Part shown: positions 1 to 9,161 of the stretch, piece after piece
How the letters are laid out: every line of letters starts with the position of its first letter
Position numbering within the stretch: the first letter of the stretch is position 1
NCBI GenBank assembly: GCA_016939365.1
Contig: JAFGHD010000084.1
Coordinates: 576 to 64,575, forward strand
DNA from: Bacteroidales bacterium
GTDB lineage: Bacteria > Bacteroidota > Bacteroidia > Bacteroidales > JAFGHD01
DNA length: 64,000 nucleotides
Reading direction: 5' to 3'
Program-made: the position numbers and the translations under genes
Notes under the pieces: model-generated
What the model was told of the DNA's origin: nothing
Seen by the model: the letters and a program-made list of their open reading frames with translations, nothing else
Databases searched by the model: none

Positions 1-155
1 ATCTTGTCATAACGGATATATTTTTTCAGTTGCTCATAAAGCCTGGTATGATCCGGTACCACATTGGTCTTGTCGAAAACAACCCGTTTATCGTTTCTTT
101 CCAGGATTCGGTAAATGCAATCGGGATTGAGTGTTTTGATGTTTTCTTTTTTCAT
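1..155 (-). CDS. hypothetical protein, N-terminal part only (gene runs off the left edge)
   Basis: ATG at 155..153 on the minus strand, then an open frame to position 1 (MKKENIKTLNPDCIYRILERNDKRVVFDKTNVVPDH...). It begins 4 nt after the stop of the upstream M1 peptidase gene on the same strand. No motif recognised. Confidence 0.35.
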   Translation of the reverse strand, partial: MKKENIKTLNPDCIYRILERNDKRVVFDKTNVVPDHTRLYEQLKKYIRYDK

Positions 156-159
156 GATA

Positions 160-2568
160 TCAGGGTGATTCTTCAATCAGCTTGAATATGGTATTACGTT
201 CGGATGTGGATAAGGTCATCTCCCGGCATGTTTGTACGATGGTTTCCCGGTGACGGTTTTGTTTTGAGAAGTATTTCAGATGTTCCCGGGCAGCCTGGTT
301 CAGCCTGAAATTGAAATAGAGGCAGGCATCAATCAGGTGTGCGGCGGCTGATCCGTCGAGATAGTTGAGACGTTGCAGGGCGGCCAGTGCATTTTTGCGG
401 GTTTCGAACTCATAACTGCTGCTGCAGTAAGAGACCAATTCCGCGATATGCTCTTCATTTCCGGTACCGATGGCGATCTCCAGCCATTGGATCCGGATGT
501 TCATTCCCCTCCATCCCGTCTCATGGCTGGTGAGGTCAAGATAGCGCCCTGTCTCTTCCGGGAAAGACCGGCAGAGGAGGGACAGGGCCAGTCCGGTATT
601 GATGTAGCAGGAGTCCTGAAGCATCTTTTCATATGAGGTTTTCATGGAAGACGGTATCGAATCGGTGGATTCCAGCAAGGCCCGGCGCACCAGGGCGTCC
701 GGATCGCGCGCAGCCCAGGTCATCAATTCCACCGAGAGACTGTCACCGGACAGTTGCCGGATGATCTCACCTTTGTTCAGGTGGAAAGATTCCCTGAGAA
801 AACACTGCTTCAGCAGGTCGCGCTTGTCATCTGGTGCATATGCATCCAGTGCCAACAGCGCTTCGTATCTGTCGATCATCCCGGGGGCCCGGAGGGCCTG
901 GGCGGACCACTCTTCCCTGGTCTTGCCGAAGATCACTTTCTTTAGCAGGTGATGCCCTGGGTCAAATAATACATAATCTATCGTTCTTTCCTGTGGATTG
1001 GGGATGATGATCTCATGGATGTCCTGTTCGATCCACTCCTTTCTGTTCTCAAACGTTCCATCGATGTAGTGTACCTCTGACTCCACAGGCATTCTGAACA
1101 GACCGGTAAGCGAACCTGTTTCTTGAGTCTGGCGGACTGTGATACGTATACATGGTATACCGTCCGCCCGGATAAAGGTCTCACGGGCAACCTGGTAATG
1201 AGGTTCACCCCCCCTTCTGATCCACTGATCAAAAAACCAGTCCATCGGTATCCCTGTAGCCCCGAAGATGGCTTTCTCCAGGTCGGTGGTCTGGACTATA
1301 CCAAACTGGAAGGATTCCAGGTAGTGCTTAATGGCTGTTTTGAATTCTTCGTCTCCCATCACATATCGCATCATATCCAGCACCAGCGAGCCCTTGAAAT
1401 AGATCCGTGCACGTCCGCCGGATGAATGTCCTACCGGAAAGCCATCCTTTTCTGATGCGGCAAGGACTTCTTCCATTTCCTTCAGCCTTACATACTGGTA
1501 CTGTTCCTCACCCAGCATGTATCTTTCAAACAGCTTGGCGTAATAGGTTGCAAAAGATTCCGTAAGCCAGACATCCGAAGGTTTCATATGGGAGATACAA
1601 TTGCCGAACCATTGATGGACGAGCTCATGGGCATTCACGTTGATGAAATTCCTTCCCCAGAAACCGCGCGGATCGATGAGAAGGTAGTCGCCGAAAACAG
1701 TGGAAGTGGTGGTTTCCATGGCGGCGTAGGTATAATCTGTGACAGGAGCCTCCCGATACAGCTCATAGGGATAAGGGAAGCGCAGCTCCGATTGCAGGAA
1801 TCCGAACATCTCCCGGGTATACCGGTAAGTCGGCTCGAAATGATCCTCCCAGCCCGGATAGTACCACAGCTCAAGAGGGGTGCTGTCAGCCGCTGTAAGT
1901 GAACGGTATTCGTATTCACCGATCACCAGGGCGGTGGAAAAGAACGGATGCTCCCGGTTCATCCGGTAATGCCAGGTCAGATTGCCGTTGCCATCATCCG
2001 TTACGGAGACCCTCTCGCCGTTAGTGAAGACTTTGTATTGACTGTCGAATGTCACCCGGATATCACATGTAAGCCGGTCATCCCGGTAAGGTATCCATCC
2101 GAAGGGTCTGTGGGCCCAGATCTGTTTCCTTTTGATATCTGCCGGATCATCCCAGCCGATGAAGTTGCAGTGACCGGAAGGAGCGCCGGTATATACGAAT
2201 GTGAGTCTCTGAAACCCCTGCGGGATAATATGCCGTGGGAGATATACGATGGTCTGGTCTCCCGATGAGATAAACCGGCATCCGGTGTCATCCATGATAA
2301 TTGAAGATATGGCCATCCGGGGTGTATAAAAGGCAAGGGAATCGATTTTCCCGCGCAGCGGAAGGAAGGAGAAAACAGCCCTACCTTCGATAACGCCCTG
2401 GTCGGACAGTGGCCGGATGTTCAGGTTCAGATGGAGGATGTCAACTTCTGTGGCTGCCGGAGAGTCATGCCGGTCATAGAGCCAGGTGACGGTTTTTTCC
2501 TGTCCTGACAGCCGGAAAGGCAGTATTCCGGCAATAATCAGATATGCTACGATCCGTTTCACAGACAT
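160..2568 (-). CDS. M1-family zinc aminopeptidase (aminopeptidase N-like), secreted, with a helical-repeat C-terminal region
   Basis: 802-aa ORF. N-terminal signal peptide (MSVKRIVAYLIIAGILPFRLSGQE). Gluzincin signature HELVHQWFGN...WLTESFA (HExxH-x18-E). GxMEN-like exopeptidase motif as AAMETT. Long alpha-helical tail typical of M1/HEAT fusions. Confidence 0.9.
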   Translation of the reverse strand: MSVKRIVAYLIIAGILPFRLSGQEKTVTWLYDRHDSPAATEVDILHLNLNIRPLSDQGVIEGRAVFSFLPLRGKIDSLAFYTPRMAISSIIMDDTGCRFISSGDQTIVYLPRHIIPQGFQRLTFVYTGAPSGHCNFIGWDDPADIKRKQIWAHRPFGWIPYRDDRLTCDIRVTFDSQYKVFTNGERVSVTDDGNGNLTWHYRMNREHPFFSTALVIGEYEYRSLTAADSTPLELWYYPGWEDHFEPTYRYTREMFGFLQSELRFPYPYELYREAPVTDYTYAAMETTTSTVFGDYLLIDPRGFWGRNFINVNAHELVHQWFGNCISHMKPSDVWLTESFATYYAKLFERYMLGEEQYQYVRLKEMEEVLAASEKDGFPVGHSSGGRARIYFKGSLVLDMMRYVMGDEEFKTAIKHYLESFQFGIVQTTDLEKAIFGATGIPMDWFFDQWIRRGGEPHYQVARETFIRADGIPCIRITVRQTQETGSLTGLFRMPVESEVHYIDGTFENRKEWIEQDIHEIIIPNPQERTIDYVLFDPGHHLLKKVIFGKTREEWSAQALRAPGMIDRYEALLALDAYAPDDKRDLLKQCFLRESFHLNKGEIIRQLSGDSLSVELMTWAARDPDALVRRALLESTDSIPSSMKTSYEKMLQDSCYINTGLALSLLCRSFPEETGRYLDLTSHETGWRGMNIRIQWLEIAIGTGNEEHIAELVSYCSSSYEFETRKNALAALQRLNYLDGSAAAHLIDACLYFNFRLNQAAREHLKYFSKQNRHRETIVQTCREMTLSTSERNTIFKLIEESP

Positions 2569-2572
2569 TGTT

Positions 2573-3721
2573 TTATTTCCTGATCATTCTGCCCTTCCAC
2601 CTGTATCTTCCGGTAATACCCACTGCACCGGCCAGTACGACATACACCGGGTAGAGAATGATCATCGGGGTGGCGAACCACAACAGATTCATCCTGTTGA
2701 CGAACCGGGTGATGCCCAGAAGGATCGGTAGATCGGTCAGCATCTTGGCAGTATAAAATATCAGGAAGGTGTTTAGAAAAGAGGGGTTAGTCAGTGTGAA
2801 GACGCCTCCTGCGACCACCAGAAGGTTGGTCAGATAGACGGTAAACGAAACAAAAAGGATCTTGAAATGGTATCCCCTGTTTTTCGAGGCCCATCGTATT
2901 CTTTGACTGAGAAATTCACCCGGTGATTTTTTTGCACGGGTGAATACCATGGCATTTCTGTTTTTCAGAAATGTTACCGATCTGGGGCCGAATTTGCGCC
3001 TGATTTTCAGCAGCAGAAAGACGTCGTCTCCTGAAGAAAACGAATCATAGGAGAATCCTCCGGCCTGATTGAATGCTTCCCGGCTGTATGCCAGGTTGGC
3101 CCCGTTGCACATGATGGGCCGGCCTGAACGGATGGCCCCCGCAGTAACTGCGATCAGGCTGAGGAACTCAATGGTTTGCATCTTCTCGAAAAGAGAAGTC
3201 TCTTCATGAAAACTTACCGGTCCGACGATCATGCCCGGCCGGTTTTCTTCAAAATAATCTACCAGCGTGGAGAGCCATTTATTCCCCATTCTGCAATCTG
3301 CATCCGTGGTGACGATAAGCTCGCCGGTGGACTCTGCAATGGCATGGCTGATGGCTTTCTTTTTAAACGCACGGAATGGACGGTCTTCACGGATGGTGAT
3401 CAGTTTCAGGTTCCATTCCGGCAGGCGGGAGGCAAATTCCTTTACCACTAAAGGTGTCATATCCCCGGAACTGTCATCCACAACAATGATCTCTGTAAGG
3501 CCGGACGGATAGTCCTGATCCTTAAGGTCGGTCAGCAGTGCTCCGATGGTATCCTGCTCATTACGCGCCGGAATAATGATCGTGACACGCGTGCGGGATT
3601 TCCTTTCCTTTCCTTTTGGTTCGTAGGCCCGCAGAGCGTACCAGCCTGCAGTATACATGGCGATCAGAAAAAGGTATACCCCTCCCGTCAGGATCATGAA
3701 CCATTGCAGAATCACCTCCAT
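2573..3721 (-). CDS. family 2 glycosyltransferase, processive type (D, DxD, QxxRW), integral membrane
   Basis: 382 aa. N-terminal TM helix, IIIPARNE, VVDDSSGD, TTDADC and QRIRWA (QxxRW) motifs, and C-terminal TM helices. ATG at 3721 lies 1 nt after the upstream stop. Confidence 0.85.
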   Translation of the reverse strand: MEVILQWFMILTGGVYLFLIAMYTAGWYALRAYEPKGKERKSRTRVTIIIPARNEQDTIGALLTDLKDQDYPSGLTEIIVVDDSSGDMTPLVVKEFASRLPEWNLKLITIREDRPFRAFKKKAISHAIAESTGELIVTTDADCRMGNKWLSTLVDYFEENRPGMIVGPVSFHEETSLFEKMQTIEFLSLIAVTAGAIRSGRPIMCNGANLAYSREAFNQAGGFSYDSFSSGDDVFLLLKIRRKFGPRSVTFLKNRNAMVFTRAKKSPGEFLSQRIRWASKNRGYHFKILFVSFTVYLTNLLVVAGGVFTLTNPSFLNTFLIFYTAKMLTDLPILLGITRFVNRMNLLWFATPMIILYPVYVVLAGAVGITGRYRWKGRMIRK

Positions 3722-3722
3722 C

Positions 3723-4760
3723 TCAATCCTCCCTTGGTCTTTTGCTGAAAAACTTAAGCCGGTATACGAAAAAGGTTCCCATCAGTGCCGGGATGGCCAG
3801 GTTGATGAGCCAAAGTGCCGAGGCTGCTGACACGATACCCATGTTGAGGCGGTCTGTCAGTATCCCGAAATGGATGAAATAATTGCCGATGAAATACAGG
3901 GAAACAGATCCCCGGATACCCAGCTCAGCCAATGTAACTGTCGGAATGGCCGTCATTACAAAAAATACGATGGAGATTAATAACAGACCGTGAAAAAGCG
4001 GTATCTCCACGGAAAAGAGCAGCAGCAGCAGGTAGAACTGCAGCGCAAAGATGCAGTATCTTAAAAAACTCAGCAAAAGGACTGTACCAAGCTCGAAGGA
4101 TGTGTAGTAGGAAATTACCGAAAAGTACTGATAGATCCGGGCGAACTTCTGTTTGATGAACCGGCCTACGATACGTGGAAGTACCGAAACATTGACAAAG
4201 ATGAGCACCAATGAGACCACAATGAAAAGTACCAGCAGGATCAGACCTGCCAGCAGGTAATGTGAATAAATGTTTGAATGGCTGAAATACAACGGAAAAT
4301 AGAAGAGAAAACTCAGCGACCCGGCGATGATGGTGATCAGCAGTTGACTCATGCTGCCAATGATCGTGATAAAGACCCCTTTCCAGGGATTTGCTTTTTC
4401 AAGGATGAATACCCTGCCGAAATATTCCCCGACACGGTTGGGGGTAAAGACGCTGACCGACACTCCGGAAAGCACGGCCGCGAAAGACCTGCGGAACGGC
4501 ACTTTTTCAATTTTGGAGATGAGGAATTGCCATTTCAGGGATTCTACTCCCCAGTTTACGATCATAAGGGAAATCACCCAGGCGGAAAGGATGTAGATCT
4601 CGGGGTTGTGCATCAGGTCTCCGATTAGGCTGATCACATCGTCAAGACGCCTTTTGTGGAAGATCTGCTTGTATATGAAACCATAGGTAGTAAGGATGAT
4701 GGCCGACCGGATGATAAAGTTATAGGTTCTGTTTTTATGTATTTTTGCAGAGATCCTCAT
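3723..4760 (-). CDS. UPF0104 / lysylphosphatidylglycerol-synthase-TM-type (flippase-like) polytopic membrane protein
   Basis: 345 aa, about 8 predicted TM helices. Positional pairing with a GT2 is typical of the LPG_synthase_TM family. The call rests on overall architecture, not on a catalytic motif. Confidence 0.65.
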   Translation of the reverse strand: MRISAKIHKNRTYNFIIRSAIILTTYGFIYKQIFHKRRLDDVISLIGDLMHNPEIYILSAWVISLMIVNWGVESLKWQFLISKIEKVPFRRSFAAVLSGVSVSVFTPNRVGEYFGRVFILEKANPWKGVFITIIGSMSQLLITIIAGSLSFLFYFPLYFSHSNIYSHYLLAGLILLVLFIVVSLVLIFVNVSVLPRIVGRFIKQKFARIYQYFSVISYYTSFELGTVLLLSFLRYCIFALQFYLLLLLFSVEIPLFHGLLLISIVFFVMTAIPTVTLAELGIRGSVSLYFIGNYFIHFGILTDRLNMGIVSAASALWLINLAIPALMGTFFVYRLKFFSKRPRED

Positions 4761-4788
4761 GCATCCACAAGATTAAGCCCTACTCCTA

Positions 4789-5340
4789 TTGGCAACCGAC
4801 CGGATCATACTGGGTATTGACCCCGGGACCACCATCATGGGATACGGACTTATTCATCAGAAATCTTCCGTCATTGAGATGATCAGCCTGGGGGTCGTTA
4901 AGCTGTCCCAGTATCACGACCAGGCAATAAAGCTAAAAAAAATATTCGAACGGACTCTGTGGCTCATCGACGAGTTCAAGCCGGATGAAGCGGCCCTGGA
5001 ATCTCCTTTTTACGGAAAGAATGTTCAGTCGATGCTGAAGCTGGGAAGGGCACAGGGTGTTGCCATGGCCGCGGCCCTTTTCAGGGAACTGCCCATTTTC
5101 GAATACTCTCCGAAGAAGATCAAACAATCAATCACAGGCAATGGAAATGCTTCCAAGCAGCAGGTGGCCGCCATGCTCATGAGCCTGCTTTCGCTCAGGA
5201 CAGCGCCCCGTTATCTCGATGCCACTGACGGACTGGCTGTTGCCGTATGTCATTACTTTCAGAAATTCAAGGGAATGGGGGAAGAAGGCTATTCGGGATG
5301 GAAGGGATTTATTTCGGAGAACCCCGACCGGATCACCTGA
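4789..5340 (+). CDS. ruvC: crossover junction endodeoxyribonuclease RuvC
   Basis: 183 aa. Opens with RIILGIDPGTTIMGYGLI and shows conserved RuvC blocks (ESPFYGKNVQSMLKLGRAQG, ATDGLAVAVCH). Apparent TTG start. Confidence 0.9.
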   Translation: MATDRIILGIDPGTTIMGYGLIHQKSSVIEMISLGVVKLSQYHDQAIKLKKIFERTLWLIDEFKPDEAALESPFYGKNVQSMLKLGRAQGVAMAAALFRELPIFEYSPKKIKQSITGNGNASKQQVAAMLMSLLSLRTAPRYLDATDGLAVAVCHYFQKFKGMGEEGYSGWKGFISENPDRIT

Positions 5341-5347
5341 TCCTGTA

Positions 5348-6523
5348 TCACATCAGTTTCTGGAAAGTTTGCCACCACCTGTCGGGGATATCATCCCTGC
5401 AGGCGGTTTCATAATCGGAATAGGAACAGGGAATGAGGTGATGCCGTTCGTAAATATTCCTCAACTGTGTTCTCACAGGTACATCCATCCACCAGCGGTC
5501 GCTTTTCTTGCTCTTGAAAAAAACCAGGCGATCCTTATGGTTTTTAATGGATACCGTGAATTTGATGTAGTTCTTTTTATCCTTTATCGGGTACTCGTGC
5601 TGTCTTCCTGAAAAACCCTCAAAAAAGTACCATATCATTTGTGCCACCAGATGTGCGGTTTGGTTATGATTGTCGTACCGGGGATTCAATTCATAGAAGC
5701 CTATGGATGAAAGCTTGTCACTCAGTCCGGCATACCTCATGATCTGACAGACTTCCTCCCCGTAAAATCCATTGGGCGAAGTATTGGCATTTCCCGGAGC
5801 ATCCGACTGTCTGACCGAAGAAACGTCGAAGGACAGGATATCGGCATTTCTTACCATGGGTTCCACCTCTGCGAGTGTTTGTCGCACCACTCCCAGACGG
5901 TACACATCGAAATAGAGATTCCTCATCAGCTCGACCGATTCGGGATCTACAAAGTAGGACTGGTATCCGATGTTGGTGTAATTGAACAGGAAATTGGGCT
6001 GATGCAGGATGATCTTGCTCAGGAATGACCGGGAGTGCAGGTCTTCCTCGCTTTGTCCCAGGTCGAACATCGGGTCCACGGAGACGATATTGACAATTTG
6101 CCCAAGGGTGGCATATGCAAGGTAATTGGCATAGGTCAGGTCATGGCTTCCGCCCAGGATAATGGGTACGATGTGATTGCCCGCCAGTTCTGACACGATG
6201 CTTTTGATTGCGAAATAGGTGTCGGAAAGGGAATGGCCTTTTTTTATGTTGCCCAGATCCGCAATGCAGGGATGATATTCATTCCTGTACAACTGATACA
6301 GGTATTTGCGGATATAGTCCGGTGCCAGAGAGCACCCTTCGTTTTCAAAGGCCCCTCTCTCCTCTCCTGCGCCGATAATCGCTATTTCCACATCGCCCAG
6401 GGATGGGAAGCGCCCCTCCTCATTATATGCCCGGACATGATCCCCCTGTTTTTTGCCCCTGTTTTCGTCATCGGGATTCAGGCCTGGCATGTCAAGCGGT
6501 TCAAAGTAAACGGAAAGATCCAT
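5348..6523 (-). CDS. arginase/formimidoylglutamase (ureohydrolase) fold protein with non-canonical metal-ligand motifs
   Basis: 391 aa. Ureohydrolase blocks are recognisable but altered: GGSHD, VSVDPMFDLG, LSFDVSSVRQSDAPG, FYELNP. Confidence 0.75.
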   Translation of the reverse strand: MDLSVYFEPLDMPGLNPDDENRGKKQGDHVRAYNEEGRFPSLGDVEIAIIGAGEERGAFENEGCSLAPDYIRKYLYQLYRNEYHPCIADLGNIKKGHSLSDTYFAIKSIVSELAGNHIVPIILGGSHDLTYANYLAYATLGQIVNIVSVDPMFDLGQSEEDLHSRSFLSKIILHQPNFLFNYTNIGYQSYFVDPESVELMRNLYFDVYRLGVVRQTLAEVEPMVRNADILSFDVSSVRQSDAPGNANTSPNGFYGEEVCQIMRYAGLSDKLSSIGFYELNPRYDNHNQTAHLVAQMIWYFFEGFSGRQHEYPIKDKKNYIKFTVSIKNHKDRLVFFKSKKSDRWWMDVPVRTQLRNIYERHHLIPCSYSDYETACRDDIPDRWWQTFQKLM

Positions 6524-6677
6524 ATGGTAATGGCTCGTTAATTATTACGGTACTTATACATATTTTCAAACGAAAAGGTTATGAAGCAGGCGGGAGGGCA
6601 GGTATCTGGATTTCGGGAAGGGTTCTGAATACCTTGGTTCAGTAACATGAATCGGTTTGGTAACAGCAGGTCCCGGG

Positions 6678-8978
6678 CTATTTTTTCCGTTTGCTACCCC
6701 GGGAAATGATATCGAGGCATTCCTCACGGGTCATCCCTTCCGGATCTGAGCCCTTGGGTATGCGATAATTCTTGCCGCCCGATGAGATGTAGGGCCCATA
6801 TTTCCCTTTCAGAATGGATATGGGCGGTTCTCCTTCGAACTGCCGGATTGTCCTTTCCTGGTCTTTTTTCCTTTTCTGTTCGATGATCTCAATGGCCCGT
6901 TCTTCGCTGATGGTGTAAGGGTCGTCCTGTTTGCCGAGAGAATAGAACTGGCCCTGATGCCTGACGTAGGGCCCGAATCGCCCGATGGCCACGGTGATTT
7001 CGGCGTCTTCGTATGAGCCCGCTTTTCTGGGTAGATTAAAAAGTGCAAGTGCCTGGCCGAGGCTGATCTCTTCAATGCTCTGCCCTTTTTGCAGTCCCGC
7101 AAACCGGGGTTTTTCGTTTCCCTCCGATTCGCCGATCTGCACAATCGGACCATACCTTCCGATTTTGGCATATACTTTTTTGCCGCTTACAGGATCCGTC
7201 CCGAGTAACCGTTCCCCGCTCTGCTTTCCGGAAACGGACATGGTCTCCTTGACTTTCTGGTGGAACGGTGTGTAGAAGCTTCTGATCATATCCCTCCATG
7301 CTTTCCGGCCGCCTGCGATCTCGTCGAATTCTTTTTCTACGGCCGCCGTGAAGTGATAATCCATGATGTTCTCAAAATACTTCATCAGGAAGCTGTTCAC
7401 TACTGTTCCGATATCGGTCGGAAAAAGCTTGCCTTTCTCATATCCCGTTCTTTCCTGCTTCACTTCAGAATCCATCCGGTTGCCCTCAAGGGTGATCTGG
7501 GTATAATTCCTGACCGATCCTTCCTTGTCTTTCTTTTCGGCATACTCCCTTTTCTGGATCGTTGAAATGATCGGTGCATAAGTAGAAGGCCTTCCGATTC
7601 CCAATTCCTCGAGTTTCTTGACCAGGCTGGCCTCAGTATAGCGGGCGGGAGACTGGGAAAAGCGTTCCGTTGCCCTGATCAGCTGCCTCATGAGCCGGTC
7701 TCCCTGCTTCAGCGGAGGCAGCATTTTACTTCCGGTGTCACCCTCTTCTTCATCGGTGGATTCCAGGTAGACCTTTAAAAATCCTTCGAAACGGAGGACT
7801 TCTCCCCGGGCGATAAACAATTCGGGTGAGTTGGACTGACTGATCTCTGCAACGGTTTTTTCCAATATGGCTTCACTCATTTGAGATGCAATGGTCCTTT
7901 TCCAGATCAGGTCGTACAGTCTTTTCTGGGAGGCATCTCCTGTAACCATTTCCTGTTCCAGGTAGGTTGGGCGGATGGCTTCATGGGCCTCCTGTGCAGA
8001 TTTGCTCCGTGTGGTGAACTGCCTGGTTTTGATATAATTGTCGCCGTATTTTTCAGCGATCACCTTTTTGGCCGTGGCCAGTGCCAGATTCGACAGATGT
8101 ACCGAATCGGTACGCATGTAGGTAATCCTGCCAGACTCATAAAGCTGCTGGGCGACCATCATTGTCTTGGCCACTGAAAAACCTAGTTTTCTGCTGGCTT
8201 CCTGCTGCAATGTGGAGGTAGTGAAAGGCGGGGCCGGTGATTTACGGGCTGGTTTGGTCTCTACTCCGGACACCTGGAATTCCGCACCAATACATTTTTC
8301 GAGGAATGCCGTAGCCTCCTCCCGGGTTTTTAATCGTTTGGCCAGTTCGGCCTCCAGGGTCACATCTTCCTTTTGCCCTGCCACCCTGAAAAGCCCTGTT
8401 ATCCTGAATGAAGATTCTGCGCGGAATGAACGGATCTCCTCCTCTCTCTCAACGATGAGCCTGACCGCAACGGATTGTACCCTTCCGGCCGAGAGAGCCG
8501 GTTTGATCTTGCGCCAGAGAATGGGCGAAACTTCATATCCCACCAGACGATCCAGGACACGCCGGGCCTGCTGGGCATCCACCAGATGGTTGTCGATCTG
8601 TCTCGGATTTTTGATGGCCTCCAGAATGGCCGGCTTCGTGATCTCATGGAAAACGATCCGCCGGGCATTCCCCTGGTCGATATTCAGGGCCTGTACAAGA
8701 TGCCACGAAATGGCTTCACCCTCACGGTCTTCATCTGTCGCAAGCCATACCACTTCCGCATCCTTCAACGCCTTCTTCAGCTCAGTGATCACTTTCCTCT
8801 TCTCGGGAGGGATTTCATATTCGGGCTCAAATCCCTTATCGATATCAATGCTCAGGTTGTTCTTCGAAAGATCCCTGATATGACCGAAACAGGACTTGAC
8901 CGAGTATTCCGACCCCAGGAACTTCTCAATGGTTTTGGCTTTTGCCGGCGATTCGACAATGACAAGGTTTTTTCCCAT
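6678..8978 (-). CDS. topA: DNA topoisomerase I
   Basis: 766 aa. TOPRIM N-terminus MGKNLVIVESPAKAKTIEKFLG, DEDREGE, active-site region ITYMRTDS, and C-terminal zinc-ribbon-derived repeats (GRFGPYV / GKYGPYI). Confidence 0.97.
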   Translation of the reverse strand: MGKNLVIVESPAKAKTIEKFLGSEYSVKSCFGHIRDLSKNNLSIDIDKGFEPEYEIPPEKRKVITELKKALKDAEVVWLATDEDREGEAISWHLVQALNIDQGNARRIVFHEITKPAILEAIKNPRQIDNHLVDAQQARRVLDRLVGYEVSPILWRKIKPALSAGRVQSVAVRLIVEREEEIRSFRAESSFRITGLFRVAGQKEDVTLEAELAKRLKTREEATAFLEKCIGAEFQVSGVETKPARKSPAPPFTTSTLQQEASRKLGFSVAKTMMVAQQLYESGRITYMRTDSVHLSNLALATAKKVIAEKYGDNYIKTRQFTTRSKSAQEAHEAIRPTYLEQEMVTGDASQKRLYDLIWKRTIASQMSEAILEKTVAEISQSNSPELFIARGEVLRFEGFLKVYLESTDEEEGDTGSKMLPPLKQGDRLMRQLIRATERFSQSPARYTEASLVKKLEELGIGRPSTYAPIISTIQKREYAEKKDKEGSVRNYTQITLEGNRMDSEVKQERTGYEKGKLFPTDIGTVVNSFLMKYFENIMDYHFTAAVEKEFDEIAGGRKAWRDMIRSFYTPFHQKVKETMSVSGKQSGERLLGTDPVSGKKVYAKIGRYGPIVQIGESEGNEKPRFAGLQKGQSIEEISLGQALALFNLPRKAGSYEDAEITVAIGRFGPYVRHQGQFYSLGKQDDPYTISEERAIEIIEQKRKKDQERTIRQFEGEPPISILKGKYGPYISSGGKNYRIPKGSDPEGMTREECLDIISRGSKRKK

Positions 8979-9009
8979 TACAATTTGTTCATTTCGCCAT
9001 TTGGGGGTG

Positions 9010-9017
9010 CAAATCTA
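9010..9017 (-). promoter_or_regulatory. candidate Bacteroidota sigma-A -7 box (TAGATTTG) for topA
   Basis: The minus-strand sequence TAGATTTG matches TAnnTTTG and lies about 32-39 nt upstream of the topA ATG. Confidence 0.35.
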
Positions 9018-9161
9018 AAAACATTTCACATTTCAGATTCTGAATGGTTTCCGGGAGCTCTGCTGCCCGGCCGGGTGCATTAGGACTAAAAGAAAGACGC
9101 TTCTGCTTGATTTGCAACCGGTTTTTGATTTTCTTTGTCTTGCCATTAAAGATCATTTCCA

